Source: Kudoa neothunni
Lineage: Eukaryota; Animalia; Cnidaria
DNA: 64,000 bases
NCBI GenBank assembly: GCA_964304625.1
Contig: OZ199838.1
Span: 5,154,945-5,218,944, forward strand
Reading direction: 5' to 3'
This document shows, one piece after another, positions 43,313 to 57,814 of the stretch. Position 1 is the stretch's first letter, and every line of letters starts with the position of its first letter. Under the pieces are notes generated by a model that worked only from the letters and a program-made list of their open reading frames with translations, made no database searches and was not told the origin of the DNA. Made by a program: the position numbers and the translations under genes.

Positions 43313-45273
43313 TAGAGTTTGCAATCTTCAATTAAAATCGATTTCCGTCAATTTAAACCGTCGAATTTGAAAAAATTTGCCAGTTTTTATTTTTTTCGAT
43401 CGAAAAAAGTCGATTTTGTTTAATTGAAAATCGTGAAAATGGAAAGGAAACGTCGAGAGTTGATTGATTATTTAATCAAATGGAGCGACTTGGAAGTTGC
43501 GGGAGATTCGTTGTCATGCAAATATTGCAAGCTAGTTTTTATCCCTTAAACAAGACAGAATACAAGAACACGTTTGATCTCAAAAACATGCAGCTATTAA
43601 GGAAAATGTGAAAAACACTATCCCCATCAAAGATATTTTGCATCATGATAGATCCAACTCAAGCGAAATTGAAATGGACCTAGTAAAGATTGTATTATTT
43701 TATGGTCTTCCATCGCAAGCAATCAACATAGATAGTTCATTGAGGAATCTTCATTTTAAATACTGCCCAGCTTTACGATCATTATCTGATGGGAGAGTTC
43801 TTATCGATAAACATATTTCCCGATATTTTTGAGGAGTACGGACGAGATTAAACTAGCAATGGTAGCTGTTCGCTTCAGTTTGATAATTGATTAATCGCCT
43901 AACTTTAATAATAGACCTGTTTTGAACACATTAGCTTGTTATTACGATCGTCAATCAAATAAAAGAATGATATTTATGCTAGATTCATCCAAAATTTTAA
44001 ATTGCAATTCTGTTATTGTTGCTAATCGATTATCAAACGTGCAGAAACATTACGACTTGGTATGGGATAACTGTTGCGCTATTACTTTGGATTCAGCGTC
44101 ATATATGAAAAAAAATTCATCAAAGATTTGAAAGCAATGTATTCACATATTATTTGAATTCCATGCTTTTCTCATATTATCCACCTTGCTGTCCGAAAAG
44201 CTGCAGACGAATATTTCTTGGATATTAAAAAATTCTGCATGAAGTTTTCATCCATTCTGCCAAAGAATAGAAATGCAAGGAGAACATTTCTGGTTCATCT
44301 CAAAAACAACAATTTTGAACATATCAGAAATTCTTAGTGTCATGGATAACCGTTGGTATAACTTTTAAAATTGCTTAATGCTAATAAAAGAATATTACCT
44401 AGCTGTCATTGATTTTCTTAATGAAACTAAACCTTTAGAATTTGGAAAACGTCTAAATGAGATTCTACTAATTAATTCGGAAAATATCAATGCCTTATTT
44501 CTCTCTGCCACCGTGTTAATTGATGAACTTACGCCGCTGGTTGAATTTTCAGAACGTATTGAAACCAACGAGAATTTTTGTTTCTCAACTATATTTGACT
44601 GTAAGAATAATGATTTTGGAATGAAGGAGAATTTTCTGAATGATCACAAAGATAATATTGGGCTTCCATTTGAAATCAGAACTAATCTTATCAATAAAAT
44701 TGAATTTTTTTCGAGGGAGCATCATCAAAAAATCCATGATTGTATATCAAATAATATTAACGATTGTTTTCCATCAGGCACTTTCTTTAAAACAATAAAA
44801 AACATTGATCCAACAACGCCATTATCATTTAAAAATATACATATTGATGATCTTTATTATTTAATAGGGGCTAAAGATAAAGTTATCCTTTAAGATGAAT
44901 ACAATTTTCTTTGTAGGGCACTTAACTATTCAAATCATCCTTCTATCAATACAAACTTCTGGGAGGAAAAATCCAATATCTTCCCCTTTTTGTCAAAACT
45001 TTCGTTGAATTTGTTGGAATTACCCATTTCATCTATCACTGTAGAACGAAGCTTTTCGAAATTAAATTATATAATTTGAAAAAAACGAATGGAACTCTCA
45101 AATGAACGCGCTTCAGTGGTTTCGATTATTCATTTTAACGGCCCATCTCTATTTTAACTAGTAGCTACTAAAAAGAATTATTTTTGCTCTATAAAACGTT
45201 GTTTTTTTTATAGTCGCCGAAAAAATTGATTTTTCTGTTATTCTTAAAAAAACGTCGAAAATTGCAAACTCTA
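43313..45273 (+). mobile_element. hAT transposon with pseudogenised transposase
   Basis: 13-bp TIR TAGAGTTTGCAAT; 8-bp flanks ataacaat/attacaac (6/8 match). Relics ITLDSASYM, CFSHIIHL, and hATC dimerisation region FWEEKSNIFPFLSKL...PISSITVERSFS. Confidence 0.9.
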
Positions 45274-45987
45274 ATTACAACGTAAAGCAAAGTTTTAAAA
45301 TTCAAATTTTTCCATCAGAGCAAATTCATTATGCATTATATTCGAAATATTTTTATCGATTGTGAGAAATAAAAACCCATATTAACAAATTCACCCAAAT
45401 AATGATTTTCAACGCTCCACCGTTACAATGGCAGACAATCACATAGTTTACATAAAGCGTAGGCGCATGGTTACCTGATAGACAACATTTGAGGCCTATC
45501 TCCTTGTTTTTTTTTGCTTGTAAAATATACCGATTCTTCTTAACCTAATAATGGTTTGATTTGAAAGCGAACTCAATAAAAATTATTGATTATACTGAAA
45601 CTTTTTAATATTATCACAGTATTTCTAATTAGTTAAATAGCGGAAAGGAAAATTATAATTAAAAAATAAGAATATTATTTCGATAATTAAGTTCTACGCT
45701 TGAAAATGGTTTCAGTGGATTTTTGGTAAATAGCTTCTAAGATAACAACACGTTCAGAGGCTTGCAGGTGCCTAATTGCTAAACTTCACTTTTATAACAA
45801 TTTTTCCATGTAAACTATTCTAATTGAGACTCATAAAGTTAAATCTATAAATTAACTAACTTTTTTTACAATGAGGATTTAAAATTTTGGACCCATTCGG
45901 AAAAATATAAATCATTTGATAACAATAGGTGACAAAATAAATTAGGCCTCATTTAAATATTCAGATATATTTTGTTCGATATTAGAA

Positions 45988-47108
<1,121 letters not shown>

Positions 47109-47554
47109 TCACAAACGTGAACGTCAGTCGTCAGTACATTGTCGACTGTAGAAGATTATTGCATTCCAATTATTTCAAATTATAAGAATAATGAAACTCT
47201 TTTTTATATAAAAATTGCCATAGTTCATGCTCTAAAGCAGAAGTACTTTATAGAATAAAGTGAAAGTTAAGGCGCCATCGTGACGAATATTCAAAAGTTT
47301 TAATATATAGTATTTGATATTTTATAACCCATTATATGTTAGTTTTGGAAGTTTCTGTAGAGTTTATTTGTCGATAATATGAGCTTTTAGGTACATTTTC
47401 AAATAGGCCAATGCTTAATTCGTTGTAATTTCATTGTAAGTACCAACAAAGGATAAGTAGAACGCAATAGCGAGGAGAGGATGGCGTTGTAGTAATTTTA
47501 AAGATTAACAAAGTTTTAATTGAGCTACAAATTTACATTTAATTAAGGAAGAGG

Positions 47555-47745
47555 GTATCGGCACGGTAAAATTTCACCCCTAAACCATCGCATCCCAATT
47601 AAAATTGGACTCGCACCCCCTTTGCATACGATAAGGTGTAACTGACTTAAAATTTATCAAAAATTATTTTCAATTTTAATCGGATCTCGCACCACCTGAG
47701 ACCAAAGTTCGCACCCCCCTAAGGTGCGGGCACTCCTGTCACTAA
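47555..47745. repeat. Short TE-end-like fragment with repeated TCGCA(C/T)C motifs
   Basis: tcgcatcc, tcgcaccc, tcgcacca and tcgcaccc within ~135 bp, typical of subterminal repeats of DNA transposons; termini not resolved. Confidence 0.4.
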
Positions 47746-47757
47746 ACAATATGTACG

Positions 47758-47950
47758 CTTGCGCGCCGGGAATTTTTAATCTCAGCAACTTCTATTTTCA
47801 AGGTGTTTATAGATTTAATTTTTTTAAAATCGGCTACATTTAATTATTGCTGGCCTGCCCGCTGCATTCTTAGAGGCCAGAAATAATTAAATATATTCAA
47901 AACTAGTGTCATCTGGATATTATTTACCGTGGCAAATTGCCATTTCCCTT
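47758..47950 (+). repeat. Dispersed repeat copy B
   Basis: Colinear with 17590-17780. Confidence 0.7.
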
Positions 47951-48600
47951 TAATTAACAAGATAGTCTTTTAGTTTATATTTTTGTCCGATATTCATTCA
48001 TTTGCGATTTCTATATATTGCTTTAAATCTTAATTTTTTCCTCCTCTTTTTTAAGTTTTAAGCATGCTGAACTATATATATCCATATAATAAATTTTTAA
48101 AAAATTTTTTTAGTTGGTGTTAGTTTATTGCTGTCACAGTTGTAGGTTTAACGCTGTAACGCAGTAAGGAACACACAGTGGCAAAAACAACCGATAACCG
48201 TGCATATATTAATATAAAGATAATTAGGGTAAAACTAAATAGGTATATGCATTGTCACGTCACAAAACGCATATTGGCTGAAATGTGTGTTTAACCTTTT
48301 TCGTTAAACTGTAATTAAACTCGTATACTGAAAGCAGATGTTGGTTGATTCCTCCAAACTTATAATAGGTTCAGGAGAATCCATGGAAATTTCTCAATAA
48401 AAATATTTTAATAAAGTGGTCGCTTACAAAGTATTGTTATCTTGCACAGTATTTTAAACAAAAGTTATCCTTTAATAGTTCAAGGCTAGGACAGGTAATC
48501 CTAGATTTGAATCGTCAAATGCACACCCAAAGGTAGAAAGTTTATTTTTATAGTGTTTATCGAAAGGTATAGGAGAGAAATTATGTTCCAAAATAGACAT

Positions 48601-49083
48601 AGGGGACGTCGGAGAGATGGTAAGGATGCTTTGTCATTCGCCGTGATTTTAGTCTGGAGGTTGTGGGTTCAAGTCGTGGTCCAGGTGAGAAACTGTTTCT
48701 GTATTGTCGGTTCCAATTCCATAATGAAAGCTGCAGCTAGAATGTAAGGTACGTGTGATGCTCCTGTAATTGTAATTTCTGTCTGGATGGAGAGTGGGAT
48801 TAAACATTTGAATCGTCGTGGATGTATCAGGTAATTACAATCGCTGGGGTTCCTCAGAGCCAAAACCCCATGAGGGGGATTGATTTGAGATGATGGATTC
48901 ACTGAGTCCACGACGTTGGGTGGATTAAAAATACTACGTTGTTGTTGAGAGAAAAATAATGGGGTTAAACATATGCAACGGCCACAGCGTTCACAGAGCT
49001 GGCCTGTGTGATAATTAATGGCGATGCCGCTAATCTCTGATGAGAAAATAAGAGGCGGCTGATTCAGGGCGCGGAAACGAATC
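48601..49083. other. Unassigned GC-rich island (orphan coding exon on - strand, or structured RNA)
   Basis: Hand count 219/480 G+C (~46%) over 48601-49080. Stop-free minus-strand frame 49082-48669 begins right after a TAAG acceptor-like site. Several hairpins. Confidence 0.4.
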
Positions 49084-49387
49084 TTAGATTAATTAGATAA
49101 CCTATTATTATATTGTTGGTGTACTATCACTATCGCGTGATATTTTGTACTGTGGAGCTAAATGCAAGAATGCAACAGCCTGATTCGCCAGAAATTCCAT
49201 AACCTAAGAAGCGAGGAAGCTGCATCAAAGGTTTTGCTTGATGAGAGAAAAACTTTATTTAAACAACAATTTACTGCCGAGGAACTGAGAATATGCAGAA
49301 AAAAAATAAATTCGACGTAAAATTTATATCAAAATTAACGGAGTGCAAAAAACGTCAGATTACTTCTGAATATTTGTTGGGCTTTAA

Positions 49388-51235
49388 CCTTCCGAGTGCT
49401 CCGAAAATTACTATACACTTGGTGCTTTTGGGGTCATATATGACTCCACAATTTTCTTACATTACTTTAATATTTAAATAAATTGAAAAATTTGTTGGTA
49501 AAATTTAAAAGAAATTTATCGACGAATTCATACCGAATTTAGAAAAAACATATGCCCCGAGAAGATACGATTAGAACCGATGTTAGTTAAATGATCGATT
49601 TGTCTGTAATTATTAAATTTTCCTTTATTTATAGTTTATTTAATTATTTTATAACTCGTATTAGCTAAATATTAATATAAACCTATACTATGTATGGGTG
49701 TAAATAAGTTCATTTTGGTTAAACTTAAGTTTTTACCAATGTAGTAAATAATGCGTGTATTGTTTAGATAAAATTATTGTAAAACCATCAGTGTTAAAAT
49801 AAGTTATTTAAAAATTACAGGATTTCAAGTATTATAACTAACGGCGTGCGAACAAATTAATAAAGTAACAAATGACGAAAAACATATTTTTATCAGCCAG
49901 AATGATTAGATTAATAACCATGAAAGTCTAGTTTGGCGTTTCCCAATCTTTTTTTCCATCGTACTCTAATTTTTCTTGAAAAAAATTCTATTCCCCGCCT
50001 TTTCCATAAGCATTAGTTTTTTACTTGAACCATTTATAACTTTCAATAAAACTTCCAGTCAAATTAAAATATGAAAGCAATTAATATAAATTTCTCTTCG
50101 CATGAAATTAAAGTTTATCCGATCAGATCTAAGCTAAGCTAATTTATCGATTGACCTTAAAAAATTAACTATTAATTCTTCATTTTGTCCAAAAACAACG
50201 CGAAATGAAACTCGTGATAATCCAAACCCACACCAAGAAAAACTTTAATGTATACGGGGCTTATAAACCGAAAATAAATCATCTAGATATAAAATGATCA
50301 ATATTACACTAGGTTAACCAAAATCAGGGGAAATCGTGATTATAAATGAGAAAAGATTGGGATTAAAACCATTTCGATTCTTTTAGGATAGAAACTATGT
50401 TAAATGTTATTATTTAAATTTTGTAATCATTCGTTGCGTTTGGTAATGTTTTATGATATTCGCAGACGCCTAAAAATAATCTGTATCAAAAATCGAGGTA
50501 TTGATTTCAATGTGTGCCACGCTGTCCAATTATTTCATGATTATCCATGTCACATCAATCATCAATGCTCAGGATTATCAACGTCCCGTTAGAGCTGTTC
50601 ATTAAGTGTTCAAAAATTTCCATTCCCACAAAAATTCTTCCACGTCTCACAGGTGGGTCGTGGTTATTATGTTAGGAAACACTGCCCTATACGATTTGGA
50701 TTTTTCAGCAGTCTATACTGCATTATATTTGTCGTAATGCAAAGTTCAATTAATGATAATTTATCAAAATTAGAATCGGATGAATCTAATTCAGGATAAC
50801 TATATTGAGTATCACTGAAAATTTCACTACAGTCACTCTTAAAATTTGTGAAATATTCTTCGTCAAAAGTATCCATCATTCGAAACTAATCCGCTTCGCT
50901 GACACGCACATGAATTTGGGAAAGGTTTTTCTTCATTCCCACTTTCTTTTATCGACAGAATTACATATAACTTTGAATTATAATACTTACAATTTTTCCG
51001 CATTATTTAATGGAAAAAACTCGAGGTCATATATGACCCCAAAAACACTACGTGTAAAAAGTACGCATACCATTTAATTAATTTTGATAATTAAGAACTT
51101 TTTTTCTCGCATTGCATTAAGCATTTATTTTTAGGAGAATATACGCAATACCAGATATTATCGACTACAAATAATACTTTGAAAATACATTATAATGTGC
51201 TTTAGGTTCTTAATGAGCCCAAAGCGCTCAAAAGG
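49388..51235 (-). mobile_element. Decayed piggyBac element (PB5)
   Basis: TTAA flanks; imperfect TIRs ccttccgagtgct / agcgctcaaaagg; GGGTCATATATGAC(T/C)C-type palindromes at 49431 and 51024; acidic N-terminal ORF 50667-50879. Confidence 0.7.
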
Positions 51236-53237
51236 TTAAGCCATCTTGGATTATCACATCCTCAGCTTGAAGCTCTATATCAATCGCATTAGATTGTCTT
51301 GATTGATTCATCTATCAGATTAAGAGTCTCATTTTCAGATATTGAAGTCAAAGGAAGTTTATGCAATGTTTTCCCTCTCTTTTAACCAATAAAAGATGGA
51401 AAATTGCTTTAATACTTCGCATACATATAAGATATAGATTATTTAAGAGAAGACAAGAATGGGTCATTTAAGGAAATCAAATATTTGCTGTCGCACAAAA
51501 ATAATTATACATGTTTTTAAATGATTTTTGAACAATGAGGAATGACAATATTATTTCACTTAAATTCAAAGATGACAATGCTTTGAGTATTGAATATGCC
51601 TATCCAAATCAAATTATTTTATATTTGATTTAATTGTAATATTCTAAATCTCTTTAACAATATCGCCGATACAACCGCCATTATATATATACTCCAATGT
51701 CAAGTTTAAATTAATAATTCTAATTTGAATGTGTTTACAAGCATTAATTTTGTGTTCTTTTCACTCTAAAAGATCATTCATTAATATTAATTTATTAACT
51801 TTTTATCTGTTAATATTTATTAATACTGAAAAATTAAATTAAAAAATATTATGGGCAATATATCTAGATCCTTACAATATCTCTCAATTACTCCTTTTAA
51901 TTTCTGACATTTCACAGAATATGGACAATTTTAATGCCAAAATGAAATATCAAATATTAATTCACGAATATTGTATTTACACAGAAATCTTTGAAGTTAT
52001 TAAAGATCGTTATGAGGTTTAATCTAAAATATTGACACATCTATCGAAAGAAAAAATTTACGAGTCGACAGTTTTATTGGGTCGGAAAATTTTGATTATA
52101 TATTAGGAGGAGCCACTTTTTAGTTTTGAGGTTACATCAAAACAATGTCCGCTGTTTATTTGGATACTTAATAAACAGATATCTCTCAATTAAAATATTC
52201 ATAGCCGTTTTTTGTTAGTCATAGATTCTTGTAAATTATTCAGGAGTATAATTATCGATTAATATTGAGATTCACTGTTAAGAGTAACATAGTAAATATT
52301 TTTATCGCTCAAAGAATGTTATTTATTTTCTGCAAACTTTCTTCCTAATAATGGATTATTTTTCAATCCCAAATTATTTCATTACCTTAATTATAACAAA
52401 AATGCATTAATTTATCAGCTCAATTCATATTAAAAAATTATTAGAGTGTTCATCGCCTTACATTTACTTGGATTCTCTAAATAAATAGACGCCACTGTTG
52501 ATAAACTAATTAGAAAGGAACCCACTTAAATGTAGGAATTTCATATATTCTCATCATGTGAGATGTTAGTCACACTTGTACGATCCGTTAAATAAATTAA
52601 AATAGTCTACGCTAAGGTTAGTATTTCTAAGAAACCTCAAGGATCGCAAAATTCAGTAAAAGGAATCCAAATTAACATTGGAAAACCATTATTTATTTCC
52701 ACGAGGAACTCTAATTTACATATAATTCATTATATTATAGAGTTTTGTTATCAAGAGTACAGATGCGGTGTTTGCTCCATAAATTAAAGCTTAATTTAAA
52801 AACCCCAGTATAATTTAGTATAATTCAATGTATTTTACTTGAAATCTACGGTGAATTATTAATTTTTGTCTTGATTTTAAGGCAGAGGCCAGATTTTACT
52901 CGCCGATCCCATTATCGTACCTATGTTCTACCTAATGATTCTGATGTCTCATTTTTTTGGAAAACATAAAAAACAGGAGTTATAGCAACAAAGACTACCG
53001 ATACTGTATATAACAAAATTGGTGGCAAACAAAGTAAATCTTAGCTTTTAAAAATTTATATTAAAAATAAACATTAGTTCTTAAAATTTAAAATAAAAAT
53101 ATACAAACATAAAACCAAATTAGAATTTATTCAATAATTTTAAGGAGTTATAATGATGTTTTAACAATTAAAAAATGTAAAGGAAGTCAAGATGGAGTCT
53201 AGATTTCTGGGGGGCTCTGAAAACAATTAATATTCAC

Positions 53238-56200
53238 TTACCAACAAAAATTACTATTTAAGATGGGACATTCATTAACAAAGGTAGGATCCAATATTGG
53301 TACAGATCTAAAATAGAAAGATTTGATTCATTTGAAAATAATTCAGTAGAAAACATATCTACCCTTCATTGCCATGTAGTGATAGTGATGCGAGATTGTT
53401 AACAAAGTTTGTGGCGGGCATATTTTTGGCATACATTTTCACAAATTGAGCTCGAATAATCTAATTGGAGATTAAAGTAAACAAATTAAAAAATAGCTTG
53501 CATTATTCAGCACATCTCCATCACAAAGATGTGAGCCGAAAGATTCGTGTTTTTGAATAAGATCGATGTCAATAGGGATACAGTTGAGTGTAACAAGCAT
53601 CATGTGAGTGGCATCTAGCGAATGAACAAGATTGTAGACGATGGAATTTTGGTGTTTTTTAATAACAGGTGTTATATTTGTAAGGTTGCTGGTGGTATCG
53701 CACGCGGCATTGGGATGCAAATTTGAAGGATACAAAAATTGCGAGCTTACAACGAAATAATTCTGGCATACAGGAAAACCTATAGGAGTTGTCCATTCAA
53801 TAGTACCATTGTTGGATGAAGCTAGCTTTTGGGTTGCATCCATTAACCAATTCTATTTGAAAATGAAAAAAAAGCAATTAAATTATTCACCAATAAGGTG
53901 AACGAATATACCTTGAATTGAAAAACAACAGGCATTGAATCATAAATCAATTCTTTCACTTTGCAAGATAGCTCGTCAATAACAACATCATATTTTTTAT
54001 TGATCTCTTCGTTGAAATGTGCTTTGATGTACATACTGATAGCGTAATCGCTGTCTAGTTGCATCGACTTAAACAAAATTTTTTTGAAAAATTTCCGTGT
54101 GAATAACGCTTTGTATTCCGTGCCATGGATGTTTGTGTGGATATTGTTGATAGCCAACTCGCACAAATGGTCATATAACGCAAAAATTTGGTTGTGTTTA
54201 GTAGGTGAAGAAAAATTTACATAATTCATAAGAGTAGAATCATTGCAGAATGCAGCCAAGTGTTGAAACATGTTACAACTCCCATCAAAAAATATCGGTA
54301 AAGAAGATTCATAATTAGGATCGTTTTTGGCATCTGCAATCTCACGACAAACCGATAACAACTTCCAAGGATCTGGTTTAGATTGCCACCAATCGTTCCT
54401 TATAGGATCAACTGCCGTTTTTCTAATCAATGGCATATTTTTGTCACATAAACTACACAAACTTTCCGCATTCATATCACAATCTTTCTTGTCAAGAGTA
54501 AGTGAAGTGTACAAAATTTTCAACCATTTCAAACCAACGTCCCCCAAAGGTTTCTTCCGTGAAAATCTAATCAGACCATTCAACATATCAGAATCAAGAA
54601 ACGAATTCATATCTATTTGAGGATAACATCTTCCACGGAAATCAATTTCGTGTTGCTGATAGATTGGGTTTTTCAGGAAATGGGAAAAAGTCCAACAATT
54701 GTATTGTCTATATTTTAGTTTTCTATTTTTCTCATATAATGTCTTGAAAGCTTTCGGCTCTGATATGTAATTTTTAATTATATGCAGCATACTACGACTG
54801 AAAATTAACGACGTAGAATTTAACTTGGTCAAAGTATCCAATACTGGAAATATATAGTTAGAATTGTTGCAGTTGTTGTTTGGAGATGAGGACAATTGTA
54901 ATTTATTGTGATGATCCAGGCTGCCAACCGATTTGATAAATGGTTTGAACCTGTCAGAGAAAGATTGCGATGAAAATCCTAACCATATAGGTGTGAGAGG
55001 AGAAGACAACTCGGATGAGGTGGAATTTGGTTTAGCTGGACTGATCTGTTGTTGAGCAATCGCATGAAAGCGCAAATCACTGGCATTACCGGCTTCCTCA
55101 GTTAATTCTATGTCTTCTAGTTGTTTGAACCATTGTTTAAGTTGTTGACCAGGGTGAATGCTGTAAGATTTTGTTGATTGTTTATCATTGTAAAATAATT
55201 TCAACTGTCCATTCGTAAAAATATTCAACGATAATTTCTTTATGTGGTTCGCCATATTGTATTTCAAGAGAGTTGGCATCTGAATCGGCTCAATGAGTTG
55301 AGTGCATCCAAAAGTGCTGCACAAGGATTCAATCCATATCAGTCTGGGTAATGTTTCGTTGCCAGCGTTAATGTGTGGAATAGATCCGTAATATTTATTG
55401 ACCACGTCAACAACTCTCTTCATTTGATAGTAACTTTTCCACCTGTAGAAGTAGTACTGCTCGATATTGTTGGTTAAATTTTTAAGTAGTTCCTCCGAAA
55501 AACTAACTAAAACGTTTGCTTTTCTAGCACTATGCAGTATGCAATTGGTAGCAAGATTACAGATATTCTGTAAATCGTGTTCATCAATCATTGTATACAA
55601 TGCGTTTGAGGGTGTCTTTTTGTCTAACTCGTTCTTCATATTAACGTGTAGTAGGTTGGCCATTTGGACGCGTAAGTTTTTCAGCGATTTCACTTTCTCT
55701 ATCCCATTATTGGCCAACAGGTACGAATTGTGTATTAGACCATCAATTCCAATTATACAGCGCTCGTTAGAAATATCCCAATTCAACACAGGTAACGAAT
55801 TGGATTCAAACTGAATTCGTCTCAAGGCATTGTTGTACCATTTATGGTACATCTTTGAAACTAAGAAGGAACCATTCGATACTTCGGTATTATTTAAATA
55901 ATCTTTGTAGATAGTCTTTTTCCACTGACCAACCAATTCAACCGGTAAACTCCTGACGAATGCAAACCAATACTTTGGATGTAACCATTCGCTCTTGATA
56001 AATCGGGCATCATCCTTAAAAATCAGATACTCAAACCTAACTAAAATAAATACTTAATACCTGTAATGTTGTAGATTCATTCATTGTCAATACACTTGTT
56101 GACTTTTTATTAGCCAACTCCTTGACAGAATTCAAAAACCGATCTAATTGTAAATAGTGATCAGCAGATAACATTTTCAGTTTGGATTCGATCATATTAA

Positions 56201-56545
56201 AACATTTGCTGTCAAGAGGAAATTCTTCAATCTTTAGATTTATCAATAATCTGGGATGAATATTTTTTTGAGTGAGTCTATGGAGCACATCATCAATTAA
56301 AGCAGCCTATAAGTAAATATTCAAATATTAAACGACTTAAAAATCATGATAGGCCTAAATCTTACATCTCGCCTAATGATGGCGTTTTCCAATAGAAAGT
56401 TTAATGTTGCCTCGCATCTATATAGTTCTTTATCTACATTTTCATTTGGTGTAACTGGTGCTTTGGGTTCAAGTGTGTTTCGACGCCCGGCAACACTATT
56501 ATTCGATAGAAATCTTTTGTAACTTCCTACCCAACAGAAGAACAT
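53238..56545 (-). CDS. POLRMT: Single-subunit (T7-like) mitochondrial RNA polymerase, ~1015 aa, highly divergent
   Basis: DFRGRCYP, FSRKKPLGDVGLKWLKI, motif A DGSCNMFQH, WTTPIGFPVCQNY, NLVHSLDATHM, motif C region KHESFGSH. The basic N-terminus with no acidic residue in the first 25 aa resembles a targeting peptide. Introns 56307-56365, 56015-56060, 53853-53911, 53461-53501 (GC-AG), 53308-53362. Confidence 0.92.
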
Positions 56546-57140
56546 AAATTAAACGACACTATTATTTGTTATACCTATTTTAATACTTAAATTCCTCAGC
56601 TCTAACAACCTCATCACACCGTGTTCGAAAATTTAGCTAATCTGCCACCTAACACGCTGTGAAATCAACCTATTAAAGTTAGATATAAGGAAATATAAAT
56701 TTCATCCTCCTCAAATTAAATTTCCATCCTTTACAAAATAAATGTTCTTATTTTAAAAATGAATATATTACTGGTTTAAAACTAATTGTTTCGTTGAACG
56801 CGCTTGCGTAGTTCACGGCCAAAATGTGTTAAGTTGATTCGATATTTTTTATTAATAATTTTAACATTATATTATATGTTAATTATAATAAAAAAATTTT
56901 CGAGGTTTCAAATGGGCCCTATCATTCGATGGTTTTTGGTAAAGTACGATGCTAAACAAATATATGTGCGCGCATTTATTATCGAACGTTGATTTTAAAT
57001 TGGTGTTATGTCCCATTTTTAGTTATAATATAGATAAATATGATTATAAATATTTTCTTAAACAATATTTAGTTAAATATACAGTATATAGTTTGAAGAA
57101 AAATAGGTTCCACCGGACAATCCCCTTCAATAATTTAAGC

Positions 57141-57722
57141 CTGGGGTTCTCAACCGGGGATAAATTAAATAACATCAAAATTAGATAGGGAGAATTTTTT
57201 CATTATGAGTTTGAGACGTACATCAGGATTTCTAAGGAATTATATTATTTAGGACTATTAAACTCAATAAGAATTGGGCAAAAATTCTTAAAATATTTTT
57301 AGGAATAAGTTTTTAACAGCTATTTATAAAACTAGTTTCAGTCTCCCTTTTTATGCCTTGTTTATCTTTTAATGGTGTAGCCTAATAATAATAATACTTA
57401 AAATGACTATTTTCATGATAAATAATATTCAAGTGTCGTTAGATTTGACTATTTCTAATTATTTCTAATCACTAAGAACGAAGGATTTGTAAAGAATTAA
57501 TTTGATGTTGCAAAATCTAAAAAATAAAATCTGTATACAGCTTGTGGGCGAGTTGATGGGATTAAAAATTGTCATTATGCAAGCATACGTGCTTTTTAGG
57601 ATCAGAATTTACTCCTCAAATTCTGTACTATAGCTGAACCAGTATAAAACCCTAAGGTAATTATGAATTTGGCTTACAAGTAGTTAAGAGGGTAAATTTG
57701 AAAAAACGGTTGAGAATCCCTG
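57141..57722. mobile_element. hAT (Charlie-like) MITE
   Basis: TIRs ctggggttctcaacc / ggttgagaatccctg with a perfect 8-bp target-site duplication ATTTAAGC. Confidence 0.88.
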
Positions 57723-57814
57723 ATTTAAGCTATAACATAGTTTGAATTTAATAATTATACGTATAAATTTGAAAATAAAATAAAAAGGAATATAAAAATG
57801 AATATCTTATTTAC

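Noticed and set aside
49030-49092. Hammerhead-ribozyme-like CTGATGAG...GAAAC...TC
   Set aside because: Stem II does not close (G rather than C before GAAA), and the potential stem I (taatct/agatta) is offset by 2 nt from the cleavage triplet.
48840-49100. Telomerase RNA-like hints on the - strand (TTTTCTC loop, GGGGTTTTGGCTCTG resembling P6.1)
   Set aside because: No CCCTAA-type template and no convincing pseudoknot partner; needs a covariance-model search.
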